From Dehalococcoidia bacterium (GTDB lineage: Bacteria; Chloroflexota; Dehalococcoidia; Lucifugimonadales; UBA3495), in assembly GCA_030740155.1 (NCBI GenBank), contig JASLXV010000069.1, forward strand, positions 98,643-162,642: 64,000 bases of DNA, written 5' to 3'. This document shows, one piece after another, positions 9,419 through 19,875 of the stretch. Position 1 is the stretch's first letter. Each line of letters starts with the position of its first letter. The notes beneath the pieces are model-generated. The model saw nothing but the letters and a program-made list of their open reading frames with translations. It had not been told where the DNA came from and ran no database searches. A program made the translations under genes and the position numbers.

Positions 9419-9783
9419 TGAAAGGCAATTTCACCTGCATTGTGTGCCCGACGAGTTGCCCAGTCAGCGCTGAGTGGAATGATACGGAGTTGCTGAACAT
9501 TGACCACGCCCAGTGCAAGCTTGCCTGGGACTTCATCCGAGGCGAGATTTTCGACCCCCGGAGGACGGTAACCACCACCGTCATCGTGGAAGGGGCCGAC
9601 CTGCCACTGGTCAGCGTGAAGACCGATGCTCCAGTGCCCAAGCAAGTGGTTCTGGAGGTGATGGACCACCTGGCCGGTGTTACCGTCCGTGCGCCCGTGG
9701 GTATTGGCGATGTCATCGTCTCCAATGTACTCGGAACCGGTTCCAACATCGTCGCGACCAGAGAGGCCCTGAAGACGGATTGA
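9415..9783 (+). CDS. DUF1667-family small metal-binding protein
   Basis: TCIVCPTSC...C...P.RTVTTTV...VSVKT...APVGIGDVI; overlaps upstream stop. Confidence 0.85.
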   Translation: MMKGNFTCIVCPTSCPVSAEWNDTELLNIDHAQCKLAWDFIRGEIFDPRRTVTTTVIVEGADLPLVSVKTDAPVPKQVVLEVMDHLAGVTVRAPVGIGDVIVSNVLGTGSNIVATREALKTD

Positions 9784-9875
9784 CTCCGGCCTCGCCCGGC
9801 CTACCCGGCGGCGGTACATTTTCGGATCATTAACGGACACCCCTCGACCGGGGCACGCCGCGTCATCCCCGTCTA

Positions 9876-9942
9876 GCCTCGCCCTCGTTACCTCTCCCGC
9901 GGGGCTGAGGATGCCTTGGCGCAGCCTGGGCCGAGCGAGGGC
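9876..9942. repeat. REP-like palindromic element, 68-bp family (degenerate copy)
   Basis: gcctcgccctcgttacctctcccgcggggctgaggatgccttggcgcagcctgggccgagcgagggc aligns with 13384-13451. Confidence 0.65.
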
Positions 9943-10306
9943 ATCGCCACCCGTTCACCCGGTCTTCTCAAGCCGTTACCGCTCGGGAGAACGAAGATGT
10001 TCCAGCCCGAGGGTCTCCGGATGGATGGACCGGGCAGCGTGCCGTAATAATGGCCGGAGACGGTCGGTCAGAGTGTTGCCACCGCAAAGAGCGGTGGTTA
10101 TAATTCACCGTGGCCCAATGGTGATGACGCCTTGTGGGCGCACTGTCGCCGCCATAAACGCATTACTTCGTCGACGCCCCGCTTTGGGGCCGACGATGCC
10201 CGGCGCTAGTGGCCCCAGCCGGATACCGGGGCCGGCGGCGACGCTGTTTCATTCAGGGATTGTTACAGGGATTTTTGCCAGAACATTCATTCTTGGGGGA
10301 CGACCT

Positions 10307-11179
10307 TTGGCGAGAGACCACGTTGAGCCGGTCGAAGTGGGGCTTGGTGGTTGGAGGGTTACCGAAGACTCGGTACAGGAATATCTGCGGGCGGCGGGCG
10401 ACACGCTGCCGGCGTACTTGCAGGCCGGCCTGACGCCACCTCTGGCTCTGGCGGCCCGCGCCCTTGGCTCCCTACTGCAGCACCTGGACCTGCCGCCGGG
10501 CGCCATCCACAGCCTTCAGGAGATCGAGACACTCCGGCCAGTCTCCTTTGGCCAGGACATCACCGGCACCGCCAGATTGGACCCGGTGAAGCTCCGCGGA
10601 GGCATGGAGTTCCTAACCGCCAGCGTTGCTCTAAATGACGAAGCAGGCCATGCGGTACTCGGCGGGAAAACCACCGTGCTGGTCGTCGATCCGGAGGCAA
10701 TCGCTCCGGCCGGGCGGGAATCTTCGGAACGAAGCGCCCCCTCTCGACCAGGCGTTCCGGCCGTGGCGGTTGAGGAGATATCCGGGGACGGGATTCTCAC
10801 GGGAGTGGTGAAGACCATCAACCAGGAGCAGCTAAACGCCTACGCCCGGGTGTCGGGGGACCACAATCCCCTTCACCTTGACGCCGAGTTCGCCGCCACC
10901 ACCCAGTACGGCGGCATCATCGCCCACGGCATGCTGACACTGGCTTTCATCTCTGAGATGATGACCGAGAAATTCGGGCCGGCGTGGCTTCAGAACGGAG
11001 CCCTGAGGGTCCGCTTCAAGGGCGCAGCCTACGTGGGGGATCAGGTGGAAACCCGAGGCAGGATCAACAAAGAGGCTGTCGTGTCCGAGGGCCGCCAGGT
11101 TGGGTGCGCCGTCGGGTTGAGCAACTGCCAGACCGGGCAGGAGTTGATCAGCGGCACCGCGACCGTGGTATTGCCGTAG
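10307..11179 (+). CDS. Double hot-dog MaoC-family (R)-specific dehydratase
   Basis: C-terminal hydratase-2 motif YARVSGDHNPLHLD...IAHGM; N-terminal degenerate hot-dog domain; TTG 10307 after GGGGGA chosen as start (uncertain). Confidence 0.85.
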   Translation: MARDHVEPVEVGLGGWRVTEDSVQEYLRAAGDTLPAYLQAGLTPPLALAARALGSLLQHLDLPPGAIHSLQEIETLRPVSFGQDITGTARLDPVKLRGGMEFLTASVALNDEAGHAVLGGKTTVLVVDPEAIAPAGRESSERSAPSRPGVPAVAVEEISGDGILTGVVKTINQEQLNAYARVSGDHNPLHLDAEFAATTQYGGIIAHGMLTLAFISEMMTEKFGPAWLQNGALRVRFKGAAYVGDQVETRGRINKEAVVSEGRQVGCAVGLSNCQTGQELISGTATVVLP

Positions 11180-11299
11180 CGTTGGTATCGGCCCAGCACC
11201 GAAGGCGGCGAGGGCGCCGAGATTTTCAGTTGATGCCGTGGTCCCGTGACCAGGTGGCGACACCGGCGAGGGCCATAGGATATTCGAGGAAGACGAAGC

Positions 11300-12367
11300 A
11301 TGCCCAGTGATCGAAGCCGGGGCACTCGCCCAGTCCGGGTGGTCGTGGATGCGATGGGAGGCGACTTCGCCCCTGAGGAAGCGGTAAAAGGGGCGGTCCA
11401 GGCACTGGGAGTCGAAAACATCGAACTCACCCTGGTGGGAGATCGCCACCTGGTAGAGGATCAACTGGCTCGATGCGATGTGGACGACAAGCCGGTGACA
11501 GTGGTCCCCTCGGTGGGCAAGATCGGTGACGACGAACACCCGGTGCAAGGGCTGCGGCAGAAGCCCCAGGCATCGATTCTCGTCGCGACCAATCTATTGA
11601 AAAGCGGCGATGCAGACGTGCTGGTATCCATGGGGTCCACCGGAGCGTCGATGGCCAGCGCCGTACTCGCGTTGGGCTTGATGGACGGCCTGGACCGTCC
11701 CTGCCTCGGCGGCCCATTCCTGGGCCTAGCGCCCCGAACGGTGCTGGTGGACATCGGGAGCAGCGTGGATTGCCGGCCCGCGATGATGCTCAACTTCGCC
11801 GCCCTGGGCGCGGTGTTCGCCCGCAAGGTCCTGGACATCAAAGACCCAAGAATCGCCCTGCTGAGCACCGGCGCCGAGGAGGCCAAGGGCAACCGGCAGG
11901 TGCAGGAAAGCGGTCAGCTTCTGAAGGAGAGCCACCTCAACTTCATCGGTAACGTGGAGGGGATGGACTTTTTTACCGGCCGGGCCGATGTCATCGTCTG
12001 TGACGGGTTCGTGGGAAATATCTTAATGAAGTTTACCGAAGGGATCGGCAAAGCCTTGGCTCCTTTCCTGGCGCGGCAGCTTTCATCGAGCATTCCTCAG
12101 GATGAACTCAACCGGATAACCTCCGAGTTGTGGCACCTGACAAACCTGCCCAGGACCATGGGCGGGCCTTTGTTCGGCATCAACGGGGTGGTAGTCGTGG
12201 GCCACGGCTCTTGCAAAGCCGACGGCATCGCCGGGGCCATAAACACCGCCATCCGGTGTGTGAAGATTGACCTGGTGGAGAGCATGCGGGAGGAGCTATC
12301 GCAGATGCGCGGTCTCGGGAAGACCTCCATTTCCAGCTTGCAGCGGTCGCCCCAGGCTCCCGGTTGA
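11300..12367 (+). CDS. plsX: Phosphate acyltransferase PlsX
   Basis: VDAMGGDFAP, GSTGA, GAEEAKGN, FIGNVEG, VCDGFVGN, GHGS. Confidence 0.95.
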   Translation: MPSDRSRGTRPVRVVVDAMGGDFAPEEAVKGAVQALGVENIELTLVGDRHLVEDQLARCDVDDKPVTVVPSVGKIGDDEHPVQGLRQKPQASILVATNLLKSGDADVLVSMGSTGASMASAVLALGLMDGLDRPCLGGPFLGLAPRTVLVDIGSSVDCRPAMMLNFAALGAVFARKVLDIKDPRIALLSTGAEEAKGNRQVQESGQLLKESHLNFIGNVEGMDFFTGRADVIVCDGFVGNILMKFTEGIGKALAPFLARQLSSSIPQDELNRITSELWHLTNLPRTMGGPLFGINGVVVVGHGSCKADGIAGAINTAIRCVKIDLVESMREELSQMRGLGKTSISSLQRSPQAPG

Positions 12368-12540
12368 AGAAACATTCATCCAATACTCCGGCAACACTCC
12401 GGCGTTGGGCGCAAGAACCCGGAGCCCAACCACCAATCGAACCTCTTTTCAGCGGGCGCAGGCGCCGGTAATATGCAGCAGGAAGAACCCACAAACCGGG
12501 CAGTTGGCTGCCAAATTACGGCAGTGGTATGAGGGAAGCT

Positions 12541-13332
12541 ATGAACGACCTTAGCGGGAAAGTAGCGATCGTCACGGGGGCGGGCCGGCGAAGGGGCATC
12601 GGCCGGACCATTGCCCTCGGGCTGGCCCAGGCCGGGGCCGACGTGGTCGTGTCCGACATCGAGACGGGGCCGGAGGCCATGACGCCCGAGGAACGCGAGG
12701 CCGGGTGGCAGGGGCTGCCCAGCGTGGTAAGCGAGATCGAAGCCCTTGGCCGGAAGGGCCTGGCGTTGTTTACCAACATCGCCGACGCCGAGCAGGTGCC
12801 CGAGATGGTCAAACAAACGATCGACCAGTTCGGCCACGTCGACATCCTGATCAACAATGCCGGAATAACCCGGGACCGCCTGTTGCTACGCATGACCCCA
12901 GATGACTTCGACAGGGTCGTTGCGGTGAACCTGCGGGGGGCCTTCCTGTGCACCAAGTACGTGATGCCTCACCTGCTGAAGCAACGGGGGGGCCGGATCG
13001 TCAACATCTCGTCGGTCGTCGGATTGAGTGGCAACCCCGGCCAGGCCAACTACGCCGCCGCCAAGGCGGGCATAGTCGGCCTCACCAAGGCGGTGGCCCG
13101 GGAAGTGGCGTCGCGAAACATAACGGTCAATGCCCTGGCGCCCGGATTTGTCGCCACCGGGATGATAGAGGTGCTGCCCGAGGAGACTCGCAAGGCGATC
13201 TTGGCCCGCATCCCCATGGGCCGTCTGGGCACCGTCGACGACGTCGCCGGGGCCGCGCTGTTCCTATGCAGCGAGAGCGCCAGCTACATCACCGGCCAGG
13301 TGATAACCATCGACGGCGGGATGATCGCCTGA
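12541..13332 (+). CDS. fabG: 3-oxoacyl-ACP/CoA reductase (SDR)
   Basis: TGAGRRRGIG, NNAGITRD, GNPGQANYAAAK, YITGQVITIDGG; follows plsX. Confidence 0.9.
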   Translation: MNDLSGKVAIVTGAGRRRGIGRTIALGLAQAGADVVVSDIETGPEAMTPEEREAGWQGLPSVVSEIEALGRKGLALFTNIADAEQVPEMVKQTIDQFGHVDILINNAGITRDRLLLRMTPDDFDRVVAVNLRGAFLCTKYVMPHLLKQRGGRIVNISSVVGLSGNPGQANYAAAKAGIVGLTKAVAREVASRNITVNALAPGFVATGMIEVLPEETRKAILARIPMGRLGTVDDVAGAALFLCSESASYITGQVITIDGGMIA

Positions 13333-13383
13333 GCCGGCCTATTGCTTTCGGGGTATGCTGCATGCCTGATACCACCCGGGAAC

Positions 13384-13451
13384 GCCCTCACCCTCGTTCC
13401 CTCTCCCACCGGGAGAGGGATACCCTGGCGTAGCCTGGGCTGGGTGAGGGC
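13384..13451. repeat. REP-like palindromic element, 68-bp family
   Basis: GCCCTCACCC...CCCTCTCCC-acc-GGGAGAGGG...GGGTGAGGGC; near reverse complement of 21930-21997. Confidence 0.85.
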
Positions 13452-13608
13452 ATCGTCTATTCGCTCGCCCCGGTATATCGCGGCAAATCCTTTGTACTGT
13501 CGGTCAAACATGCCCCGAATCTAGCCCGGTGGAGTGGGCGTTGTCCCGGACCGGCGTGCCAGGGGCGCGAGGTATTCGTTTCAGCCTGATCCGGGGCCGG
13601 AGGGAGAT

Positions 13609-14502
13609 ATGCGAAACACCATGACCGCGGCGGGCCGCCTGCGGCAGTTGCTTCGGGAGCCGGGAATCATCATGGCGCCCGGTGCGTATGACTGCCTGAC
13701 CGCCGCAATCATTCAAAGGGCCGGATTTCCCGCGGTGTACATGACCGGGGCAGGAACCTCGATCTCCCGGCTGGGTTACCCTGACCTGGCCCTAGCGACG
13801 ATGACCGAGATGATCGCCAACGCCGCCAGCATCTCCGGGACGGTGGACGTTCCGGTTATCGCCGACGCCGACACCGGTTACGGGGGTGTCCTGAACGTGC
13901 AACGCACCGTGCGCCAGTACGAGCGCGCCGGCGTGGCGGCCATTCACATTGAGGACCAGGAGTCCCCCAAGCGCTGCGGGCACCTGGAGGACAAGCGGGT
14001 GATTCCTCCCGGGGACATGGTGCAGAAGATCCGCGCCGCCGTTGACGCCCGCACCGACCCCGATTTCATCCTCATCGTGCGCACCGACGCCTTGGCCGTG
14101 ACCGGCTGGGATGACACCATGGGGCGCTGCCGGGACTACATCCAAGCCGGGGCCGATGTACTCTTCGTGGAGGCCCTGCGGACTCCCGAAGAAGCGGAGC
14201 TGGCGGCCCGGACCCTCAGCGTGCCGCTGTTGTACAACTTCGTCGAAACCGGCAAGTCGCCCCTCCTTCCGGCGGCGGAGTTGGAGCGGCTGGGCTTCAA
14301 GCTGGTGATCTATCCGAGCAGCGCCATACTGACGGTGTGCCGGGCGGTGGGAGACCTGATGCAGGAGTTGAAGGGGCAGGGCACCACCGCCTCCGCGATG
14401 GACCGGATGGTCAGCTTGCAAGAGTGCTTCGACACGGTCAAACATACCGAGATGCTGGCCCAGGCCGCCGGCTATGCCGATGAGCCCGAGGCAGCGCCCT
14501 AG
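13609..14502 (+). CDS. Isocitrate lyase/PEP mutase family enzyme (methylisocitrate or 2,3-dimethylmalate lyase-like)
   Basis: DADTGYG, HIEDQ, KRCGH, RTDA, GADVLFVE; GGAGGG SD before ATG 13609. Confidence 0.9.
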   Translation: MRNTMTAAGRLRQLLREPGIIMAPGAYDCLTAAIIQRAGFPAVYMTGAGTSISRLGYPDLALATMTEMIANAASISGTVDVPVIADADTGYGGVLNVQRTVRQYERAGVAAIHIEDQESPKRCGHLEDKRVIPPGDMVQKIRAAVDARTDPDFILIVRTDALAVTGWDDTMGRCRDYIQAGADVLFVEALRTPEEAELAARTLSVPLLYNFVETGKSPLLPAAELERLGFKLVIYPSSAILTVCRAVGDLMQELKGQGTTASAMDRMVSLQECFDTVKHTEMLAQAAGYADEPEAAP

Positions 14503-14693
14503 CTCTCGCACCCCGGCTTGCAGACCTCGGCCCGGCCGCGTGGTCTGACCGCTGAGGGCCGGCTCCTTTCTTTTTTGCCCTTGCGGCGGCGATACAGGAC
14601 CGCTTGACTGGTAAACGGAATGAGGCTACCGTCAGTTCCGAGGACGACCGGGCAAGAAGTTGCCTCATTCCGGGTTGAAATAGGGATTCTCGA

Positions 14694-15230
14694 ATGAACT
14701 ATTTCAAAAAAATGAAAGGGACCGCCAAGAGCCCGCCGAGGGTGAATCTGTCTGAGATTATCTGGTCGTGGGTGGGCGCCTTCCTCGGTGTTACCGCAGT
14801 GGCGATTATCAACTACAATACCCTTCTGGAGACCGATCTGGTCTTGCTCATCGGCTCTTTCGGGGCTTCCGCCGCGCTCGTTTATGGCGCCATCGATAGT
14901 TCATTGGCCCAGCCAAGGAACCTCATCGGTGGGCACGTCTTTTCCGCCGTGGTCGGAGTGGCTGCCTATCAATTGCTCCAGGAGCCTCTATGGCTGTCGG
15001 CTGCCGTGGCGGTCGCCACTTCTATTGCCGTCATGCATGCCACCAGAACCATGCATCCTCCCGGTGGCGCCACCGCCCTGATCGCGGTCATCGGAAGCGC
15101 CAAGATTCATGAATTGGGCTACCTGTATGCGCTAATGCCGGCCGGAGCCGGGGCCATTGTCATGCTGGTGGTTGCACTTTTGGTCAACAATATTCCCAAG
15201 GGCAGGAAGTACCCTGAGTATTGGTACTGA
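14694..15230 (+). CDS. HPP family membrane protein
   Basis: SFGASA, AQPRNLIGGH, HPPGGATAL. Confidence 0.92.
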   Translation: MNYFKKMKGTAKSPPRVNLSEIIWSWVGAFLGVTAVAIINYNTLLETDLVLLIGSFGASAALVYGAIDSSLAQPRNLIGGHVFSAVVGVAAYQLLQEPLWLSAAVAVATSIAVMHATRTMHPPGGATALIAVIGSAKIHELGYLYALMPAGAGAIVMLVVALLVNNIPKGRKYPEYWY

Positions 15231-15553
15231 GCTGCCAGAAGCTTCGCTGATTCCGTAGAGCCTCACCCCAGATTCCTCCGGCCCACCGCTCGGCATAACA
15301 ACTTCGCAGCATTGGCATTCTCAGAGGACTCCTGTATCCTCCGAAGGCTGACCTCGGCGGCCGGAATTAGGCAGACCTTTGCAGGCGCGATCCCTTCTTG
15401 AGCATAGTGGCCGGCCCACGCCCGTCCGGTGTCCGGAGCCGAAACCTGTTGGTCCCGGAGCTTGTGCCACTTGGCTGAGGCCGGAATGTCCCGATACAAT
15501 TGCTCAGGTACGATTGCTGAGTCCGGCGCTCAGTCCGGATTTGGAGGCCAGGG

Positions 15554-16864
15554 TTGGAGTCGACTCCACAGGAAGAGCGTGAGGTCCCACCGGTCCCCGC
15601 AACACCGCCGACGGATACCGGGGAATCTTTCCTGGCCCGGCTGCCGGCAGAAGTGGAGCGCTGGCGGAGCCGCGGCATCATCACGCCGGAGCAGGGCCGG
15701 GGTATAATCGCCAGCTACGAAGCGCCGGGCGTTTCCGCTCCCGGGACCGCGGCCCACGGCCGGTTGGTGACCATCGTGGCCACCCTCGGTTCGGTGCTAC
15801 TGGGCCTGGGTGTGATCCTCTTCTTCGCCGCCAACTGGGAGGAGTTCCCCCGGGCCGGCAAGCTCTCCCTCATCCTGGTGGCCATCATCGCGGCCTACGC
15901 CACCGGGTACTGGCTTCGGTACCTGCGGGGCTACCAGCGGGTTGGCACCGCGGTCATCTTCCTGGCGTGCTTGTTCTACGGGTCCGGCATCCACCTGGTT
16001 GCCCAGGTCTATCACGTCGATCTAAACGACCCCAGCCTGTTTCTGTACTGGTTCCTGGGGGTATTGCCCATGGCGTACCTCATCCGCTCCCAGGTGGTGC
16101 TGGCTCTGGCGGTCGGTCTCTTCCTGGGCGCGATGGGCTTCCGCCTGCCGGAATGGCTGGAGGCCGCTTCCACCGGTGAGGCCGTTGCTATATTTGGGTT
16201 GTACCTGGCATTGGGCTTGATGATCTACGGGCTTGGCAAGGTGCAGGGGCTCTTTGGGCCAACCCGGATATTTGCCGGAGTCTATGAGGCTGTCGGGTTA
16301 CTCACCACCCTCTGCGCTCTATACCTGCTGACCTTCCGGACCTGGTACGAGAGCCACGCCTATCAGGATGCCGGGATTTCCCGGGAGCTGGACCCGGAGT
16401 TCTGGCTGGTCTTCTTCCTGGCGACGGCGCTGGCCGTGGTTCTGTTGGCCGGTGCGCTCGTATTCCGCATGAAGCAGAGGGTCCCATTGCTGGAGTTGCC
16501 GTACGAGGGCGCCGCCGCCTTCCTGCTGCTGACGGCGGTGTACCTGGTGGTCTACGTGCCCGTTGGAAACGACGTCGCCTACCCCGTCGCGTTCAATGTG
16601 CTTTTGCTATTGGCCACAGTGGGGCTGGTATTTGCTGGATACTACCGGTCCCAGGAGGCGATCATCAACTTCGCCCTGGGGCTTTTTGCCGTGAACGTAG
16701 TGACCCGGTATTTCGAGCTGAGCTGGACGCTGCTGGACCGGTCGGTGGTTTTCATCGTGGCCGGGGCGCTGTTACTGGGTGTGGGATTCGCCCTGGAACA
16801 CGGGCGGCGGCGGGTCTTGAGTGGGATGCGCCAGGCCGGAGATGTCCCCGGAGAAATCCAATGA
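15554..16864 (+). CDS. DUF2157-family membrane protein
   Basis: W...GIITPEQ, LGLGVILFFAANW, LVAQVYH; many TM helices. Confidence 0.85.
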   Translation: MESTPQEEREVPPVPATPPTDTGESFLARLPAEVERWRSRGIITPEQGRGIIASYEAPGVSAPGTAAHGRLVTIVATLGSVLLGLGVILFFAANWEEFPRAGKLSLILVAIIAAYATGYWLRYLRGYQRVGTAVIFLACLFYGSGIHLVAQVYHVDLNDPSLFLYWFLGVLPMAYLIRSQVVLALAVGLFLGAMGFRLPEWLEAASTGEAVAIFGLYLALGLMIYGLGKVQGLFGPTRIFAGVYEAVGLLTTLCALYLLTFRTWYESHAYQDAGISRELDPEFWLVFFLATALAVVLLAGALVFRMKQRVPLLELPYEGAAAFLLLTAVYLVVYVPVGNDVAYPVAFNVLLLLATVGLVFAGYYRSQEAIINFALGLFAVNVVTRYFELSWTLLDRSVVFIVAGALLLGVGFALEHGRRRVLSGMRQAGDVPGEIQ

Positions 16865-17430
16865 GCCGCCGATTCAAGGTGGGTTTCTGGATCGTGGTGG
16901 CCGGGCAGCTGGCCCTCCTCCTGACGGTGATTGGCGTCAAGGAGCAAACCTACCGCACCGGCGACACCGTGGTGTTGCAGGCGATGCCGGTGGACCCCCG
17001 GTCGCTGCTTCAAGGCGACTACGTGGAGCTGAACTACGAGATTGCGCTGCTGCCCCAATTCCCGTCGGAGCCCCCCATCGGCTCCAAGATGTTCGTATCC
17101 CTGGTGGAAAAGGACGATGCATGGGAGGCTATCGGGTACGGCACCAGCAAGCCGGGTGGAAAAGAGGTGTTCATCAAGGGTATTGTCGGCCCCAACGGGC
17201 GGTTGGATTTTGGCATTGGCACTTATTTTGTGCCTGAGGGAACCGGGCGTGTCATCGAGCGGTCTCAGGACCTCAAGGTCCGGGTGGCCATCAGCGGCGG
17301 CGGCGACGCGTTGATCAAAGAGGTGCTGGTCGACGGGCAACCCTTCGACCCTCGGGCCCCCGATCTCCGAGAGCCGCGCCGGCCCCCGAGAGAATTACCG
17401 ACCCCCGCGACGCCCCAACAGGCCCCCTAG
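16861..17430 (+). CDS. GDYXXLXY domain protein
   Basis: PVDPRSLLQGDYVELNY, YFVPEGTG; ATGA overlap with DUF2157 gene. Confidence 0.9.
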   Translation: MSRRFKVGFWIVVAGQLALLLTVIGVKEQTYRTGDTVVLQAMPVDPRSLLQGDYVELNYEIALLPQFPSEPPIGSKMFVSLVEKDDAWEAIGYGTSKPGGKEVFIKGIVGPNGRLDFGIGTYFVPEGTGRVIERSQDLKVRVAISGGGDALIKEVLVDGQPFDPRAPDLREPRRPPRELPTPATPQQAP

Positions 17431-18067
17431 CGCTCGCTTGCCAGACGCTAGACACCTGCCTGCCCGGATTCATCGGTGCCGTCGCCCGGCCCGTGGTCTG
17501 CCAGGTACCGGATACGGAAGGTTTCCAGCGTCGGGCTTCGGGGCGTGGCAAGAAAGCTGGAATTCGCCAGTTCCGGATCAACGATCCGCTCCAGCATTTC
17601 CAGCTCTGCGGCCACCAGCTCCTCGCACTGGGGTAGGTGCTCACTGGTGTGGGCCCCGAGTGACCAGAGGGAGATCAACGACTGGCGGACTACCAAGTCC
17701 AGCTTGTATTTCGCTGCCTGGGTGCCGACGCGCCGCAGGGAACCCGCCACTTGCCGGGTCGAGCCTGCCAGGCCCCGCCGGGATGTCTCTTAGCTCAGAT
17801 AAGCCAGGCCCTAGAGCAACTTTGGCGGTTGGCAACTACTACATCTAGCCAGGAGCCCTCGATAACATCTTCAGCTGAGGCAGCGTAGCTTCTTCGGTAA
17901 CAGTTTCTATTGAGGCAATACGGCTCAGGGCCCGTGATGGCTCCCGGCGCTCCGCAACGAGCCCCTTGAATGCCGGGTCCCACCGGGTTTAGAGTATCGG
18001 TAATGAACACGGTAAAGCTGGCCGCCTGGCGCGCGGCGAGGGAAACACCATCATCCGAGCCAAAACG

Positions 18068-18106
18068 CCCCCCTCGCCCTCCGGGAGAGGGGCCGGGGGT
18101 GAGGGC
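18068..18106. repeat. Short REP-like palindrome
   Basis: cccctcgccctccgggagaggggccgggggtgagggc, core of the 68-bp family. Confidence 0.65.
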
Positions 18107-18143
18107 GCGCCTTGGCGATTCTGCATAATCGGAAAGGAGACCC

Positions 18144-18665
18144 ATGTCCAACGTGGTATTGGTGGTGGATATGGTCAGGGGATTCCTGGAGCCGGGGCAC
18201 AACCTTTACTGCGGCGACGACGCCCGGGAGATAATCCCCAACGTCCGGGAGCTTTTGGAGCGGGAGCGGCAGGTCGGCTCCGCCGTCCTCTTCATCTCGG
18301 ACCATCACGATCCGGACGACCTGGAGTTCCAGATGTTCCCGGTCCACTGCGTGAAGGGCACCGAAGAGCCCGACGTGGTCCCCGAGTTGGCCGGGTTCCT
18401 CACCGGCTCCAACGTGGTGCCGAAGAACCGGTACAGCGGCTTCTACAACACCGACCTGGCCGAGCGGCTGGAGCGGCTGAAGCCGGACAAGCTAGTGATC
18501 TGCGGCGTCTGCACCGATATCTGCGTCCTGCACACCACCGCCGACGCCCGCAACCGGGACTATCCGGTGGAGGTGCCCGCCGATTGTGTCGCCAGCTTTG
18601 ACCCCGGCGCACACGCCTGGGCCCTGGGCCACCTGGAGAAGATTCTGGGCGCGAAAATCGTGTAG
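18144..18665 (+). CDS. Isochorismatase/nicotinamidase-family cysteine hydrolase
   Basis: VVDM, D.H...D, HCVKGT, KNRYSGF, GVCTDICV. Confidence 0.9.
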   Translation: MSNVVLVVDMVRGFLEPGHNLYCGDDAREIIPNVRELLERERQVGSAVLFISDHHDPDDLEFQMFPVHCVKGTEEPDVVPELAGFLTGSNVVPKNRYSGFYNTDLAERLERLKPDKLVICGVCTDICVLHTTADARNRDYPVEVPADCVASFDPGAHAWALGHLEKILGAKIV

Positions 18666-18743
18666 GGGAGGGTTTCGTACCCGCCCCCTGGGTGGCACAA
18701 ACACCGCCCTTAGAAAACAGGGCAGGCTCCTACCCGCCCCTAC
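18662..18743. repeat. GTAG-type REP doublet between convergent genes
   Basis: GTAGGGGAGGGTTTCGTACCCGCCCC ... GGGCAGGCTCCTACCCGCCCCTAC in inverted orientation. Confidence 0.65.
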
Positions 18744-19559
18744 CTACAATGGCTGCCAGATGCGCCGTCCCTCCACCCGGACCAGCGTTCCGAACGAGGG
18801 AGACGGGAAGTGGCCGGCGGCCACCGTCAATCCCTCCCGTTCGATCCGGTCGAAGACCGTGTGGCGGGTGGCCCGGGACTGGTCCTGAACAATGTCGAAG
18901 CCGGGATTCCAGTCGGTCTCGTGGGCCTGGGCCGGGGTATGGGCCACGTCGCCCAGGATGACGCCCTTTTCCCCGGCGGAGTTGATCAGGATACTGACGT
19001 GCCCCGGCGTGTGGCCGGGCGTCGACCAGACTCGCAGCTCCGAGGTGATGTCTGCCTCCGGCTCGATGTAGTCCACCAGGCCCAGTTCCACCAGCGGCAA
19101 CACCTGCTCCTTGATATAGGGGAATTGCTCCAGGCTCGCCTCGCTGGTGAAAAAGTCGAAGTCAGCCTTGGGGCACAGGTAGCGGGCGTTGGGAAAAGTC
19201 GGCCTGGATTTGCCCCCTTCGGTGATCATGTTCCAGCCCACGTGGTCGGGATGCAGGTGGGTGAAGGTGACCGTCGTGACATCCTCGACGCTAATTCCAC
19301 TGGCCTTCATGGCGTTAAAAAGGTTGCCGTCCAGGCCGGGGCCGTATCCCGTGTCCACCATGATGGTGCGCCCCGAGGAGCGGACCACGAAACACCCCAT
19401 GTTCGGGTGCCAGTTTCCGTCATCTCCCAGATACTGCTTGTTGGCGGCCCATGCTTCGGCGGACACCTCGGGCCAGGCGTTGGCTGGCGGGAAGTTCCCC
19501 ACGGCATCGGAAAAGGACAAGATCTCGACGTTGCCGATGCGAATAGAATTCTTGGCCAT
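18744..19559 (-). CDS. Metallo-beta-lactamase fold hydrolase (AHL-lactonase/methyl-parathion hydrolase-like)
   Basis: VDTG, THLHPDHVG, PGHTPGH, GD, GHF. Confidence 0.9.
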   Translation of the reverse strand: MAKNSIRIGNVEILSFSDAVGNFPPANAWPEVSAEAWAANKQYLGDDGNWHPNMGCFVVRSSGRTIMVDTGYGPGLDGNLFNAMKASGISVEDVTTVTFTHLHPDHVGWNMITEGGKSRPTFPNARYLCPKADFDFFTSEASLEQFPYIKEQVLPLVELGLVDYIEPEADITSELRVWSTPGHTPGHVSILINSAGEKGVILGDVAHTPAQAHETDWNPGFDIVQDQSRATRHTVFDRIEREGLTVAAGHFPSPSFGTLVRVEGRRIWQPL

Positions 19560-19875
19560 GGCTTACCCCCTTCTCGAGATATGGCGGCGTGGTCTCCGGG
19601 GAGTCCTGCTCTTGCAGCGGCGCGGCGCCGGCGGAAGAGCGCCAGCCTCCAGCCGGTGTCCAATGATTCTCATACTTTATGGCGCCGTTGGCAAGGGGGA
19701 GCGGAGAAGTCCGACGATGTCATGCTCGACCCGCTTCCGAATCCGCGATCCAATAACGGCTCATTAAACCGCGCCTTCCTCCGGCCTTGACTAGGCCGGC
19801 ATCCTTGATGTAGCTCAAGGCAAACCTGTATCATGAGATAAATCTCCATTACGACGGACAATTGGGCGAGGCGAC

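Noticed and set aside
9911..10306. N-terminal extensions in the ORF track (also 3636-4040, 13534-13608, 30133-30252, 38516-38593)
   Set aside because: Run through REP or promoter DNA; better SD-linked starts exist downstream
17448..17750. 100-aa minus-strand ORF
   Set aside because: No SD, no recognisable motif, in-frame stop shortly upstream; cannot be supported as a gene
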